DNA of 54,426 bases, filler included, from Sphacelaria rigidula (GCA_964200075.2; 4 parts of 4 records of this genome joined end to end with filler, not necessarily neighbours in it), one strand, 5' to 3'. Shown: positions 1 to 12,520, counted from the whole stretch's first letter. A program made the numbers and translations. Notes: generated by a model not told the origin, from the letters alone.

Positions 1-99
1 CGACCACCATAATGTTTCCCGCAAAAAAAAACGCAAGCGCGCAAAAAAAAAAGAGGTAATTCCACGACAAACAGGGGCTTACAGCTGTGTAAAACAATC

Positions 100-287
100 T
101 AACTACCTGCGGCGCGTTTGTATTTGGGTGAAAACTGAAAACGGTGTCAGGTGGTACGAGTGAGTCTGCCTTATTGGTAACAAGCGGGATCGAACAAACA
201 TTTGCGGCTTTCAACGACGAATCTCAAGGTGAAAAATTGGGAAAGAAATGCCCCAAAACACCCCCCCCCCCTATCGTAGCATCACTC
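100..287. repeat. End of an abundant interspersed repeat/MITE family terminating in (C)n-TATCGTAG(G/C)AT(G/C)ACTC
   Basis: 110-287 aligns by eye with 40905-41070 (cttgtatttg..aaacggtgtcagg..tcgaacaa..gctttcaacg..cccaaaa..cccccctatcgtag). The same terminus occurs at 27366-27391. Confidence 0.65.
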
Positions 288-457
288 CGTGTGCGGTTCC
301 TCAGCTTCCGTCCGTGTTCAGCACTGGACCTCTCGTCTGTATCATGCCTGATTTCTCCGCGGTGTCGCAATGCACCCGTGAAACGTCACCTGTCTTGACT
401 CGATTCCGCGAAACAGTACCTTATCTGGACTCCAACGGTACCCTATCAGGACCGCAC

Positions 458-574
458 CTTATCTGTGCCAGTAGCTTGACCACGTGAGGAGAGTCCACCT
501 GTGACGAGCCCGCCGCTCTCACGGATCTCCTGACCCAGTGCTGGTGGTCGTGCTTCTCCACCTCCGTCATGCCG
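458..574 (-). CDS. Internal exon of the minus-strand gene: (S)GMTEVEKHDHQHWVRRSVRAAGSSQVDSPHVVKLLAQI(R); gene continues beyond the left contig edge
   Basis: cccag acceptor and AG|gtgcgg donor. 117 nt, open in phase 2, which matches the phase-2 donor ending the 3913-6023 exon. GC3-rich codons. Confidence 0.7.
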
Positions 575-1166
575 CTGGGTATTACAAGGGTTCGGACGGA
601 TGATCGCAGATTCGAATCGCTAAGTCTATCATTTCTGAGGCCTTATTGATCGAAAGAGAGGGAAAAAAATCCCCGCAGGCGAAGAAAGTCTCCACGCAAT
701 GTTAGAGTTATTCCACGTGCCTGCGGTGCGCGTACCTGGAGTGCAACGCTGAAAACAAAGCCCAAGGATTGATGTGTACTTGTACGAATCAAAAACACTA
801 CAAGCAAGTAATTTTCCCACCAGTCACCATTTATCGGACTCTCTAGTCATATTACAGGCATGTTATGAAAAATATCTCAAGTACATTTCTCCGTAAAAAT
901 TTGATTATCAGTCCTCGACGGACACTCGCTTTTCAAGTTGATTCATACTACTTTTTAGAGAGGGTATACGTCAACAGCATCGAAATCCAAATCAACCCTT
1001 CCTCTTCTCATGATCCTCTCTCTCTTCGTGCGTTTCCGTTTTTTCGCGGTACGAAGAGGTTTTGTAGAGATTTTTTTTCTTGTAGCCTAGTGGTGAGAGG
1101 ACACGAATGTATCATATATATATATTTTTTCACACCATCACCTTTCGCACGCGTTGGATTCCTCAG

Positions 1167-1557
1167 AAACATGTGGTTTGCACACAGGGGCCTCTTTGTG
1201 AATCGGCATCATTTTCACTTGGAAACGAGCGAAAATTATGCCCATTCACACAAAGCCCCTGTGTGCAAACTACATGTTTTGTGGGGATCCGGTTTCAGAA
1301 AGGTTAAATGGCCTGCTTAGCATTTGGAGTTTCTTCGACTCATTTCGTGTCGCCGTCGGTGATCGGAGCCAGGATTCGAATCCGCGATCTTCCGTTTAGG
1401 GATCTTGTTAAACCTTTTGGGACCGGGCCCCAACTAACGAGATGTGAGGACCTGGTCTGCACGCAGGATCCACTCGTGAACCGGCATCATGTCAGTCGTT
1501 TTCAAGTGAAAATGATGCCGATTCACAAAAGGGCCCCTGCGTACAAACACCATGTTT
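1167..1557. repeat. Two ~110-bp imperfect palindromes (1167-1279 and 1451-1557), the second an inverted copy of the first; MITE-like
   Basis: catgtggtttgcacacagggg...cccctgtgtgcaaactacatg folds back. The second copy matches the reverse complement of the first (caagtgaaaatgatgccgattcacaaa). Confidence 0.7.
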
Positions 1558-1928
1558 GTGGGAGTCTGGTCCCGACAGGGTTATGCGTCTCTCTTCTTCT
1601 CGAAATCACAGAATTTCCAACAGGAGTGGGGGGAATATCTCTGAAAAATGTGAGCGTCATCCTCGACCAGATCAGGCAATAGATCAACTGTTATACTGAT
1701 AACTACAGATTTTCGAAAATCTAGCGTCGGAATCACGTTTCAGCAATTTTGATACCCGGAGAAGTCGGGCGAGGTAAAAAAATCCAATTTTTCAAAAACA
1801 AATCGACGAAATCTAAAAAAAATGTCTCCCAGATAAAGATACCTTAACATTGTGAAAAGATTATCGACTCCTCGACACAAGTGTGGTAACCTCCACTGGG
1901 ACGCGATATTCCCATGAATCACCCCCCT

Positions 1929-2000
1929 CTCGAACCGCTGAAATATCATGTGAAGAATCAGGTGCTCGAACCGCTGAAATATCATGTGAAGAATCAGGTG
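1929..2000 (+). repeat. Perfect 36-bp tandem duplication
   Basis: ctcgaaccgctgaaatatcatgtgaagaatcaggtg x2. Confidence 0.9.
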
Positions 2001-3306
2001 CCTCCGTGAAACAAAACCACATGATCCATCATTATTACTCACTACCATACCCTTGGCCCTTCCTTCCGTTCCTCAGGATAAACTCATAGCCTGAAAGGGA
2101 CTAACCCCTCTACATCTCCGCCGGTATAGAAACACGCCCCACTTTCTGGCATCGGGGATTGGACCAGCACTACTTCTGCACTGCGTCCACTCTCGTCAAA
2201 AAAAAATCCTGTGCTACTCCTCACGTCCTCAACGGAAATCAGATTCTCTCAGAGAAAAAAAAAACTGGACCCACATCTGCCAGGAATCCAACCCGCAATC
2301 TTGCACTTTGTCTAGGTCTAGCTCGACCACCGGGGCGCGGCGGTTTGTTTTCCTCCTTCTCCGTCACACTTTCAATTCCTTCCCTTTCTCGGCACAAATC
2401 CGTGGTCTCAAGGTATCAACCCATCGATCACCCCAGGTACGCGCCTCCCAATTTGCTTTCGCGGATTGGGCCAGCATTACTCCCGCACCGCGGCGACTCT
2501 CGTCAAATCAGCTTATTCTGCTACTAGTCACGCACTCATGCTTTCACTGACGGAAATCGGATGCTTTTCAGAGGGAGAAAAACCAAACGCGTATACCTGC
2601 AATCGGACCCGATTTTTTCAAGTTAATGGTATCAAGTCGTAGCATTGGATCACCGGGGCGCTACAACTGCCAGCAGAACATACGCCGTACCCTGTCAAGC
2701 GGGGTGGTACTCGCAGACAGAGACGTCAGGGTCTACTACAGAGTCGGGTTGCCGGCACGGAAGGTCAGCAGTCGACTGCGTTCGATGAAAGGAGGTCCGC
2801 CATCCGAGGGGTAATGCTGTTCCAACTGATGGCGAATACTGTGTTGTGGGCAGAAACATTATGTCACACTCGTGGATATCAGTGCTCAAGAACCTCACAA
2901 CGTAACGGCGACTCCCAGCTGCTTTTTGCTCTCGTTATAGTTTACTTTTTAGGATGAGCGAACTCCACAGACATCAGCCGCATTCGTGACAATAAAACTA
3001 ACATGCCTTCAACATGGCCTCTAGATGGTGATCAAGATCCACTGTTGGGATGATTTGATGTCACGCAATCAGGAGCCACTGATGGCCGTCTGCTCATCTA
3101 CTCCTGGCAAGGTGGGCGATAAGAAGCGCTGGGCAGGTGAATGAGCCGAAGAACAACAGCAGCCATCACAGACATTATCAATCAACGGAACCCAAAAATC
3201 AGGCCGAGTCCATCGATGACATCGCTTTATCAACGGTTGTGAATCCAACCCCATGCCCAAACGCATCATCAAGTGATGTGATACGCTATCCCACTTTCGC
3301 CCATAA

Positions 3307-3758
3307 GGCCGGATGTTATGGCACACAGATTTTTCATCCCATTCTTGACCCCCAAGCAGGGAAAATCGCTAACACACGCCTCTAACACTTTGCATCACCC
3401 CACTAAGAGGAGCCTAGCCCACTTTTCAGATTCGCTTGGCTCGAAGGTTTCGAGATTGGCCGGTTAACAACAATCTGTGTGGAATAAAGTCTACGGCGAT
3501 CTCCACACATTTTTGGGCAAACTAGCGGGGGTCGGCAAGTACAGATTATTGCACACGAATTATTTTTCAGCGGCCAATCTCGAAATCTCGGGGCCAAGCG
3601 AATCTGAAAAGTACGCTAGGCTCCTCTCTGGGGGGTGATGCAAAGTGTCCGAGACGTGTGTTAGCGATTTCCCCTGTCAAGGAGTCAAAAAGTGGGTCAA
3701 ACGTCCCAAAAGTGAACAATCCGTAGGCCAAAAATCTGTTTGCCATAACATCCAGCCC
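3307..3758. mobile_element. Diverged foldback/MITE element with ~190-bp inverted arms, intronic
   Basis: aaatcgctaacacacg..ctttgcatcacccc..gaggagcctagc..cttttcagattcgcttgg..tttcgagattggcc (3363-3461) is mirrored by ggccaatctcgaaa..ccaagcgaatctgaaaag..gctaggctcctc..ggggtgatgcaaagtgt..cgtgtgttagcgattt. Outer ends ggatgttatggca / tgccataacatcc. Confidence 0.75.
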
Positions 3759-3912
3759 AACAACTAACAACACAGCAACTAAAAACGAAATCACAGCACA
3801 CAGTCCCACTCCACTCCACAGCCCAACAACGAAAAAGTGCTGAGCCATACGACTCCGGGTCTACCCATTTGATCCAGCTTCCGACCATTGAATTCCAAGT
3901 CCGACCTCTTAC

Positions 3913-6023
3913 CTGTTCCTCGCAAGCAGCAGCGCCTTAGCTTCCTCTTTCGCCGCTTCCTCCACGTCTCGCCACGCGGCGCTCGTTCCCCCCGGCTCCT
4001 CTCCCTCGCTCTCGCTCACCAGCACGTGCGTCTCCCGCTTGGGCTTCAAAGTCCGCTTCTTCCTCTTCTTCTTTTTCTTAATCTGCACTTGAGTCTTCGT
4101 GCGCCGCCCTTTTCCATCCTTGACTTTCACCTTGGTCACCACGAAGTCGTCGCAGGGCTTCTCGCTCGGCGTCTCTCCCATCGCCACCGCCGCCGCTTCC
4201 AGTAGGCCCTCATCCATCCCGCCCGCGGCGCCGGCCTCCTGCAGTGCCTCGAGAGCCTCCGACGGGAGGCACCGCAGCGAGAACGGCCCGCTCGTCCAGT
4301 CTACTGTACGCGCGCCGGCGCCAGTGGCACCAAGATTGTCATTATTGTAGTCATCTTCCCTGGGGGCTGGGTCGGCGCCGACCGCTTCTGCCTCTGCCAA
4401 CGCCGTTGCGTTCGGTAATCGTGCAGCTTCTGCGCCTACCCAGCCACCGCCGCCGCCGCCGTCTCCTAGGATAGACTTCTCGTCGTGGTAATCGCGGAAG
4501 GAAACACCGATTCCCGGAGACATCCATCGTCCATCGCCCTCCCCTGTTCCTACCTTCGTCCAGTAACCTATTCCGTAGCCTTCTCCGTGATCCCAACTAC
4601 CACCCCCGCCGCTGCCGCCGCTGCCAGTCTGGCCTCGGTGCCCAGCTGCTGGCTTCAAGAAACCAGGCGACCACGGGAGAATTGGCCGCACAAAACTGCT
4701 GGCAAAGCCTGGAAGTGCGTTTGCGTGCTCGGAGACGTTAGGCCCGGGGGGCGGGGTAGGTTTCTGAACGGTAAAATGGAGGTGCTTTGGTCGCCAGCGG
4801 TGAACGCGGGGATCTTTGCTCGCCGGCGACAGTGTGGCACCTCTGGCGTCTCCGCCATCAGAGGCGTTGGCAAGCACGTTGTTCGGGTTCGTTGACGTGG
4901 AAATGTGTGCGAATTGAGCAGCCACAGCCGCCGCCGGCTTACGGCCTCTCTTCCCCCACACCGTTTTCCTCTTCTTCGTCGGTGGTCTGCGGTCGTTGTT
5001 CTCCTTTTTCTGCATGTCCGCGACTATCGCCGCCGCCTGATCACCTGACCCTGACCCATCATCAGCACCGCCCGCATAATCATCATCCCTGTTTCGCCGT
5101 TTCTTTTCCTGGCAATCATGTTCTCTCTGCGACTCCTCTAGAGCTCGCCCCACCGCAGCAGCCGCGAGGAGGGATATCCCTTGTCCACAGCTCCACAGGG
5201 AGGGGGTGCTCTCATCGCCGCCGCTGCCACCGCATGGCTCCACACTTGCCTCTGCACCTGCTTCACCAGTTCCTGGGGCGCCCGCGGAGATCTGGTAGCC
5301 TTCGTCCGCTGCGTGGAGCGCGTGGGCAGGAGAGGAGGGCACGGAAGTAGACACCGACGCGCACGTGATGCTTGTCGGCGCACAGGTGGACATCGCCGTG
5401 CTCTCGCTCCCGCTGTAGCTGTGCGAGGGAGACGGTAAAGACAACGAAAGAGGGTAGGATACGCCAGGAGAGATGGCCGCGGACGCTGACGAGCAAGAGG
5501 ACTGTCTTCGCTCGCGGAAGCTGTCTGGAAGATGGCTGTTGTAATCGGCGCAGTAATCAGCAGCACCGGCGTTTCCTACTCCCTTCTTTGCGCTCCCAAC
5601 GTTTACTCTTCCCGTCTCGTCTACTCCTACTTGCCCTGCAACATTCTTCACCTCCGCCGCAACGGCGCCCAAATTTGCGGATGCAAGGGTGGTCGGCGAG
5701 CACGCGTCTGCCTTCGTTTTCAGCTCTACCTTGACGGTGTCTCGGACGGGGGGTAGATGAAGCTCGCACGTGGCCGGTGTGGCCTTGATTCGTCTTTCCC
5801 CGACTGGCAGGGGTGGTGTGTCCTTCGGTAGGTGCTCCGGTGTTCTTGTGTGAGATATTGGTGCAAGACCGCCGCCGTCATCGCCAACTTCGGTGGCTTC
5901 GTTGCTTTGTTGTTGCTGCTGTTGCTGCTCCTGTTGCTGTTCTTGCTGCTGTTGTTTCTGTTGTTTTTTCCGCTGTCGCTTTTTGGGCGCTTCATCCCGC
6001 CAGAGCCCACTTCTTACAGCCTC
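3913..6023 (-). CDS. Large (2111-nt) internal exon of an uncharacterised, mostly low-complexity protein with poly-Q, Ser/Gly/Ala-rich segments and basic NLS-like clusters
   Basis: 711-aa ORF 3909..6044, GC-rich. Acceptor ttcttccag|GAG at 6023 (phase 0); donor AACAG|gtaaga at 3913 (phase 2). Basic clusters KKRQRKK, PPTKKRK, KKKKKRKKR. Confidence 0.8.
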
Positions 6024-7707
6024 CTGGAAGAATAGTTGTGACACAAGGGGGGTAAAGCCGAGGGAAATATTTAAATATTTTTTGGGAACGAAATAGATGT
6101 ACGCGCATCCCTTGCTTCAAGTGAGGATGTGATATCGTGCACAGCATCAACAGCACGCTGTGCACACAGTCATGATCACGGTGAGTCTACATACACGTAA
6201 GCGCCGTTGCTGGCAGGGAAACATCCTTAACTCTCAGAACGCAAGGTTATAGTCCGTCTGGATCATGCATATTTTTTTCGAGTAAAATTGATGGCAATTC
6301 AACAGATAGCCTACTCATGTCAACGTGAGTACTGACTGTCAAGCATCAATCCCAGATTCGAGGCAAGCGAAAATAACCTCGCAACAACTGGTCGTATGGA
6401 TAGCTACACACGAGCAGCGCCAACGGATGTTGGGTGCCAGGTTATTCGATTAGACGGGAAACAAATCCGTCTGAGCTGCCCCAACCACATGCACGCACTC
6501 TCCTGTGTTGCTTGCCGGTGTAGCGCAGTTCACGTACCCGATGAAAGATACGGAGCACAACCGATGAACAGCAGTACGTGTCAACGAGATATGCAAGCAG
6601 GGCCTTATATCAAGTTTTCTGCCATGGCGATGAAGCAACTACACATCCTGAGTGATAAAACATGGAATGCAGGATGTTAACTGCCTAAGGGTTACTGTGA
6701 CGTGTGCTCCGGGAGCCTGCCCACGAGAAGAAGCATCGTATGCGCAACGACTACAAGTACATCCGCGAACTCGTCGTTCATCGCAAGACTCGGTGAAGCA
6801 ACTGCAGTTTGCACCACGTACCCTCTGTACGATGCGGCAACGTCTGCTTTGCTGCGAGGCGTTTCTTGTGCTGAGTTCAAGTTAAAGACAGATGGAGGAA
6901 GTGGAAGGTCGGGTTCTCCTCGGAAATGATCCGTCTGCTGCAGGCTCAGGTACAGTAATGCAAGGCACACACACACACCTGCTGTTGTTTCCGCCACTCC
7001 ATTAGCCACAATGCTTCCTTCTTTGCCTTGGCTTCCACATCGCCCCAGTCAACTGGCGTCTTTTTATCCTGCACATTACGGAAACACGCGTGTATGTTAC
7101 CGCACGATTAAAAACATATTAATCGCCGTAGTTTGTTTTGATATAACCGTGCTGTCAGCCACAAAACAGCAGTTGAGTATACTTTCAGGAGAGTACAGTC
7201 CACTTACACGGTACAACGGACATTGGACGCAAGTTGTTGAAAACAGTGCTGGCTCGACCCTCAAAAGCACAGAGAGAGCAAGTCGTTTGTTTGATGAAAA
7301 TCAAATATTAAATATTACGCAACGGCTGTTTTGAAAACGATCAATGTACTCAGCCGCACTTGTCACAGCGCCGATCCTTGGTGGAAAGTAAAACAGTCAG
7401 AGTAGGGTACAAGAATATGTAAAACCCCTCAACCTTATACTGAGGAAGTCAGGAATCATGCACTGGGCTCCCTGGAGGTGATCTGCTGCGCCGAGTATCC
7501 TTTGCGGCTCCGCTCCATTACTCTGGAGAAAGAGAGCCCTTACCCCCATTTGACGGTCCCATCCTCTTTTTCAAAAATCAAACATCGTCTGGTAAGCAGC
7601 ACTAACAGCATAAACGAGCACACAACATGGTAGAGACGCCTATCTATACAAAGTACATATGTACCCCTTTCATCCCATCCCCACACGCACCGCTCCGTAA
7701 TACTCAC

Positions 7708-7845
7708 CTTCCAGTTTTCCCCACTCTCCATCTCCTGTTCGTCCGAAGATGAAGATGGTGCCTTCCTTTTGGTTGCTTTGTCATGAACTGAAGAATCCCG
7801 CAACGCAGCTGCAGCGGCCGCCGCTGCTTGCCTGGGCGTTGCCAT
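7708..7845 (-). CDS. Probable first coding exon of the minus-strand gene (MATPRQAAAAAAAALRDSSVHDKATKRKAPSSSSDEQEMESGENWK)
   Basis: ATG at 7845, 46 codons, strong donor AAG|gtgagt in phase 0, compatible with the phase-0 acceptor at 6023. Further small exons between them cannot be excluded. Confidence 0.6.
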
Positions 7846-10149
7846 CACACGCCGACTGCGGTGATTTTACAGCCCAGCGGAGAAGATGAACCTGCCTAGC
7901 TGTCGGTGGGGCTCTGGATTACGCACGGGATTGTCCTCGCTTGCTTGCGTTTAATGCAATCCGGGGCTCGGCTTGCGCGTTTGAGGTCGTTGACGAGAAA
8001 CAAGAAACGCTCAAGGGTGCCAAGGTGGTGCTTGGGCGTTTCGTGTAAAATTCTAATTTTTGCGTGCCTCCCCGTGTTAGTTTTTACACGGAAAACGAAG
8101 AGAGCTGTTGAAGTTCGGGAGATCTATGGAGAGAATGTTGATCGCAGAAGCCAACGTAAGCCCCGTCCCTTGTGTCCTGGACACGTTGATGCAGCACGTT
8201 TCAGCGACCTGAAGGAATCGGCGCTAGATGCACAATACAACACACCTCCTGCGCTGAAACTAACTGATATCGAAAGGATTGTCATACTCCATCTTCGGAT
8301 TTTTGTTTGGTCCATTGTTTCAATATTACCTAGTCATTATACAAGACTCTCGCGTATTGTCCAACGCCGAAGAGGGAATAAAAAAAATGAAGCTTTCTTA
8401 CAGAAACTAAATTGTTTTAAGAAAGTTTTCTTGACAATAATTTGTCGTGATAATAATCACCAGATATTTGTCGGAAGTGACTGTGGAGCGAGCCCCAAAA
8501 TACAATCCTAATCATGAGGTCATTATCCATCAAAGCTATTCCGATATGAAGCCATCCGGCCACTCGTCCCATCCTGCAAATCTGATCTTAGTTCCCGCCG
8601 CTCACGTGCTCCGAAACTGACATACCATACCGACCGCCTGGAAGCTAAGGGTATACTCTGAGAGGTGAATATATTCTCGGGTGAATAATGGAGGGCCTGT
8701 CACAGTCGGTATCGTATTTCAACGCCAACTGCAGAGCGTCACCTCCTTGGTATACCCAGGGCGTGGGTTGACCTGACTCGAGGCTGTTGTTGAAAATTCC
8801 CACGTGATTGCCCAGTGTTGCGGTTAGATAGATAGAGCCAGTGCGCCCAACAGCTTGTGTGGTAGGACGGTCATGCCCCCATGTGTGCTTCAGCAAACTT
8901 CTATTCTTGGAGAGCACCGCAGTCTGGATGGTACCGAGGTTCTTGGGGTTTTCATTCAAAAAACTATGCCTACGAGTAGTCGTTCATGGTTGCGGGAGTG
9001 TTCATAACCTGGATATTTTAAAATACGAGTTCCAAAAGCAGGTCGAGTACGTCGTGGAGTATACTCAATACTCGGTACCAGGTATTTTTCAAAGGTCATA
9101 CTTTTAGTTTCCAAAAAATGGGTAGAATATTGAGGTCATACCCAAGTGATCCTCTACGCCAAAGTATTTGAGGTAGTACTCAACTTCCCCCAAAATTGAA
9201 TAGATTTTTTTACAGAGTTGTGAAGTAGTGTGGCTTACTATTTAACTGGCTTAAAAAAATTACAACCAGTTACAGCTATTATAATAATTGAAACTGGATA
9301 ACTGGCGGGGAAGTCGCGTTAACGGCCCTCCCCGGCTGGTGAGGGGGCCCCGGCGGAGGCAAGAAAATTACGCCATTTGGCTTCACATCTCTTCAAAATT
9401 GCGGTAAATTTTAGTCGCCTAGCGCCAGCAATTCGAGCACGTGATCGGGGGGAAAGAAATATCACACTGAACATTGCGACGTGAATTCAAAAACGAAGCG
9501 GTGAGACAGTAGTGCAGCATACGTAGCGTTCCGCGTGTACCACCCAAGCGCCAGGAACTACTAGTAGCACGAAAACTTGGTAACGCTATTGAGCGTGACT
9601 TCATCACCCAGAAAAAAGGACAAAAATCTCGACTCTTCCTCATACTTCGGTATCACATTGACCAGCCACCACTGAACGCTTATAAAGCTTGATGCTGACA
9701 GAGTACAGCAAAGCACATGCAACAGCGCTACGAAACACAGTATTGCTTCACATTTCAGATCCGCTCAATCAACCACTGTCCGTGCCCAGTCTCCGATGTT
9801 TTTTAATATCGTAATATATTGTCTGCGATATTCGTGTCTACGTCTAGGTGTGCGCGCTGTGCGGTCATGCACTCGCCTTTGTATCAGCGTCTCCACGGCC
9901 ATTGTAGCACGACAATACTTCAGAAATATTGACTTGAGTATAGCACATATGTACACAGAACACTCTGGAGTATGACACATATGTCGAGTGAAATAACTGG
10001 TTCAACTCGTTACAAAACCGATCAATTAACCAGTTGCACCAGTGAACTGTAACTGGTCAGTCAAACTGACAGCCAGTTCATAGCTCTAGTATTTAAGGTC
10101 ATACCCAAGCGATTCGGATCTCGGAGCGATCTGGGATTTTTCTCACACC

Positions 10150-10413
10150 CTGCCCAACAGTGGAGAGCGACTATGTCGTGGGTCCACAAAATTCGACTGA
10201 ATGGTCGACGAGGGAAAGGGACTGCTGAACCCCTCTCGCGATCAAAAACATAGGCAAGAACCGCAGAAGAAAGATGGAGAATGAAAAATAGACAAAAAAG
10301 AAAAAAACCTTGTGTCGGCCTTTCTCATGTGTGATCCCGGCTGGTGTGCCCACGTATACCGACAGGTGTAGACCGGCGTCCAAAATAGACGGGACGACAA
10401 CACACACAACACC
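10150..10413 (-). repeat. Short interspersed repeat (gtgtgtgttgtcgtccc.t.tatt.tggacg... family), minus-strand copy
   Basis: Its reverse complement matches the plus-strand copies at 19238-19400 and 27040-27165 (gtcgtcccatttattctgggcgccagtccacacc..ggcacatcagccggggtcacacaggagaaaggtc). Confidence 0.75.
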
Positions 10414-10454
10414 TAAGTCATATTCTACGCCCAGGTATTGCTGAGAGTGCTCAC

Positions 10455-10655
10455 CCAATATTTAGATGGAGTATTCTAGATTGTACTCAATCTACCCAAA
10501 ATTTGGGTAGAGTATTCGAGGCCGTACCCAATCTGCCCAAAAATTGAATAGAGTACTGAGGCCGTACCTAATCTACCCAAAATTTGGGTAGAGTATTTCA
10601 GGTAATATCCAACCTACCCGAAATTTTGGGTAGAGTATTTGAGGCCGTACCCGAG
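10455..10655 (+). repeat. Degenerate ~41-bp tandem repeat with internal palindrome CTACCCAAAATTTGGGTAG
   Basis: About 4-5 consecutive units; more units at 11850-12285. Confidence 0.8.
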
Positions 10656-10661
10656 TGATTA

Positions 10662-11354
10662 AAGCACCCAAGTGTTACACGGTACTCTTATACTACTCTA
10701 CCGTGGACGGCTAACCTGTATGCTGTGGATCTTTCACCCTGTCTACTGTTGTTGTACATATGTACTGTTCACAGTTCAGTTCTGATTAGTATTGCTCCCA
10801 TATACAGTACAGTACTGCCGGACGATGAAGAAACTTCAGTCAGTTATTTCCGTGCTCTTTCACAGCTGGACCGCTGTGACCAGACGGAGTGGAACCGCGC
10901 GCCGTAGCGGTCGCACGTGTTCTCTGTCTGCTCACTCTTCCCGCTGAGCATCAGCTCTGTACGTGCGCCTGTGTTCATTTGTATTACCTATCGCGAGCTG
11001 TTCATCCTGCCCGCTGAGCATCGGCTGTTTTCATCTGCATCACCTACGACGAATTATTCGCCCTGCCTGCTGAGCATCACTTGGTGAGCAGACAGGGAAC
11101 ACGCGACGTGCGACGCCTAGAGCGCGCGGTTCCACTCCGCTCGGTCACAGCGGTCCACCTGTGCAACAGTACGGGAAGAACTCACTGAGGTTTCTTTGTC
11201 GTCCGGCAGTACTGTATATGGGAGCAATACTCATCAGAGATGAACCATGAACAACACATGTATACAACAGTCGACAGCGTGACATATCCACAGGATACAG
11301 CTTAATCGTCCACTGTATAGTAGTATTATAGTACCGTGCAACACTTGGGTGCTT
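10662..11354. mobile_element. MITE with ~270-bp terminal inverted repeats, nested in the tandem-repeat element
   Basis: Ends aagcacccaagtgtt / aacacttgggtgctt. Arm blocks gtattgctcccatatacagtac, actgccggacga and ggagtggaaccgcgcg are mirrored. The centre has three cgctgagcatc-like repeats. Confidence 0.85.
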
Positions 11355-12445
11355 AGTGTGGTAGAGTACACAGACAGTGTAGCTGGTTACGATGCAAACT
11401 TGACGGCTCGAACAACAGATCAGTAGAATACAGTAGAGTACAAGGTACGGTGGTATTTTTGTACACCACTATCTGTACTACGGTACAAGCACAGGCGGTA
11501 CATTTGAAAGTACGCAGTGTAGTCATTGATAGGCGGGTCTGAAGGCAGGCTCGCATTTCGCGGCGGAGGTGCGGTCGGTGTAGCGCTTTTATCTCGTCAC
11601 ACACGCAGCTGTGCTCATCTATGTGCCCGCTTTTGCAGCACGCTGAGCACCACGCGTACAGCTGTGCTCAAGCGTTCGGAAAAAAATAAGCTGATTCGGG
11701 GTCCGTCGGTGCCTGTCACTTTTCTGTTGGTAGTACAAGATGAAAGGTATTGAGTGGATCCTTATCCCCCCCCCCTGCGCGTCATTATAACTTACGCTAG
11801 CCTGTGACGTGACGTCACGAAGTCGCCGACGGTAACGGTTACTCATGATACCCAAGTGATACTCTGCACCTGAGTATCACTGAATTGACTTGCCCAATAT
11901 ATGGTAAAGTATTTGAGGTCATCCCCAATCTACCCAAAATTTGAATAGAGTATTATAAGTCATACTCAATCTATCTACCCGAAAGTTGGGTAGAGTATTG
12001 AGGTCATACCCAAGTGACCCTCTATATCCGAGTATTGCTGAGAGTGTTTACCAAATATTTGGGTATAATATTTGAGATCGTACTCAATCTACCCAAATTT
12101 TGGACACTCAAAATTTGGGTAGAGTGTTGAGGTCATACCCAAGTGATACCCTATACCCAGGTATTGCTAAGAGTGCTTACCCAACATTCGGGTAGAGTAT
12201 TCCAGGTCGTACTCAATCTACACAAGATTTGAGTCGAGTATTTGACGCCGTACCCAATCTACCCAAACGTTGAGTAGAGTGAATACCCGGGTATTTTACC
12301 CGAGTACTCAAGAGTATATACAATACTCGACCTGACCTTGAAAAACTCAAATCGAATATCCGCACCCCAGGCGGCGCTTGGGCGATACGGAATACATCAG
12401 ACATCAAGCCAAGGAGCAGGATCGGTGCGGTAAGTTTGAAGCAAC

Positions 12446-12520
12446 ATGGGTATCAAGAACTTGTGGCAGCTGCTCAGCCCTGTGGGTCGAAGCGTGAGCA
12501 TCGAGACTCTATCGGGCAAG
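12446..12520 (+). CDS. ERCC5: XPG/Rad2-family DNA repair endonuclease, exon 1 (MGIKNLWQLLSPVGRSVSIETLSGK)
   Basis: Typical XPG N-domain start MG[IV]xxLWxLL; 75 nt; donor AAG|gtgcg. Confidence 0.85.

Larger units (their letters stand above)
9010..12367. mobile_element. Foldback-type element with degenerate terminal inverted repeats and internal ~41-bp tandem units, expanded by nested insertions
   Basis: Left end ggatatt..gagtt..caggtcgagta..tatactc..tactcgg..tacc.ggtatt (9011-9088) mirrors the right end (12282-12362). Unit gtacccaatctacccaaaatttgggtagagtatttgaggcc recurs at ~9105-9205, 10455-10655 and 11850-12285. Confidence 0.55.

Noticed and set aside
3888-6096. Many overlapping plus-strand ORFs
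   Set aside because: Antisense shadows of the GC-rich minus-strand exon.
6190-7522. Extra minus-strand exons (7434-7522, ~6820-6938, ~6200-6258)
   Set aside because: Splice-like sites exist, but I could not build a phase-consistent, stop-free chain; left unannotated.
10455-12285. Palindromic 41-bp repeats read as CRISPR
   Set aside because: Units are head-to-tail, degenerate and have no unique spacers.
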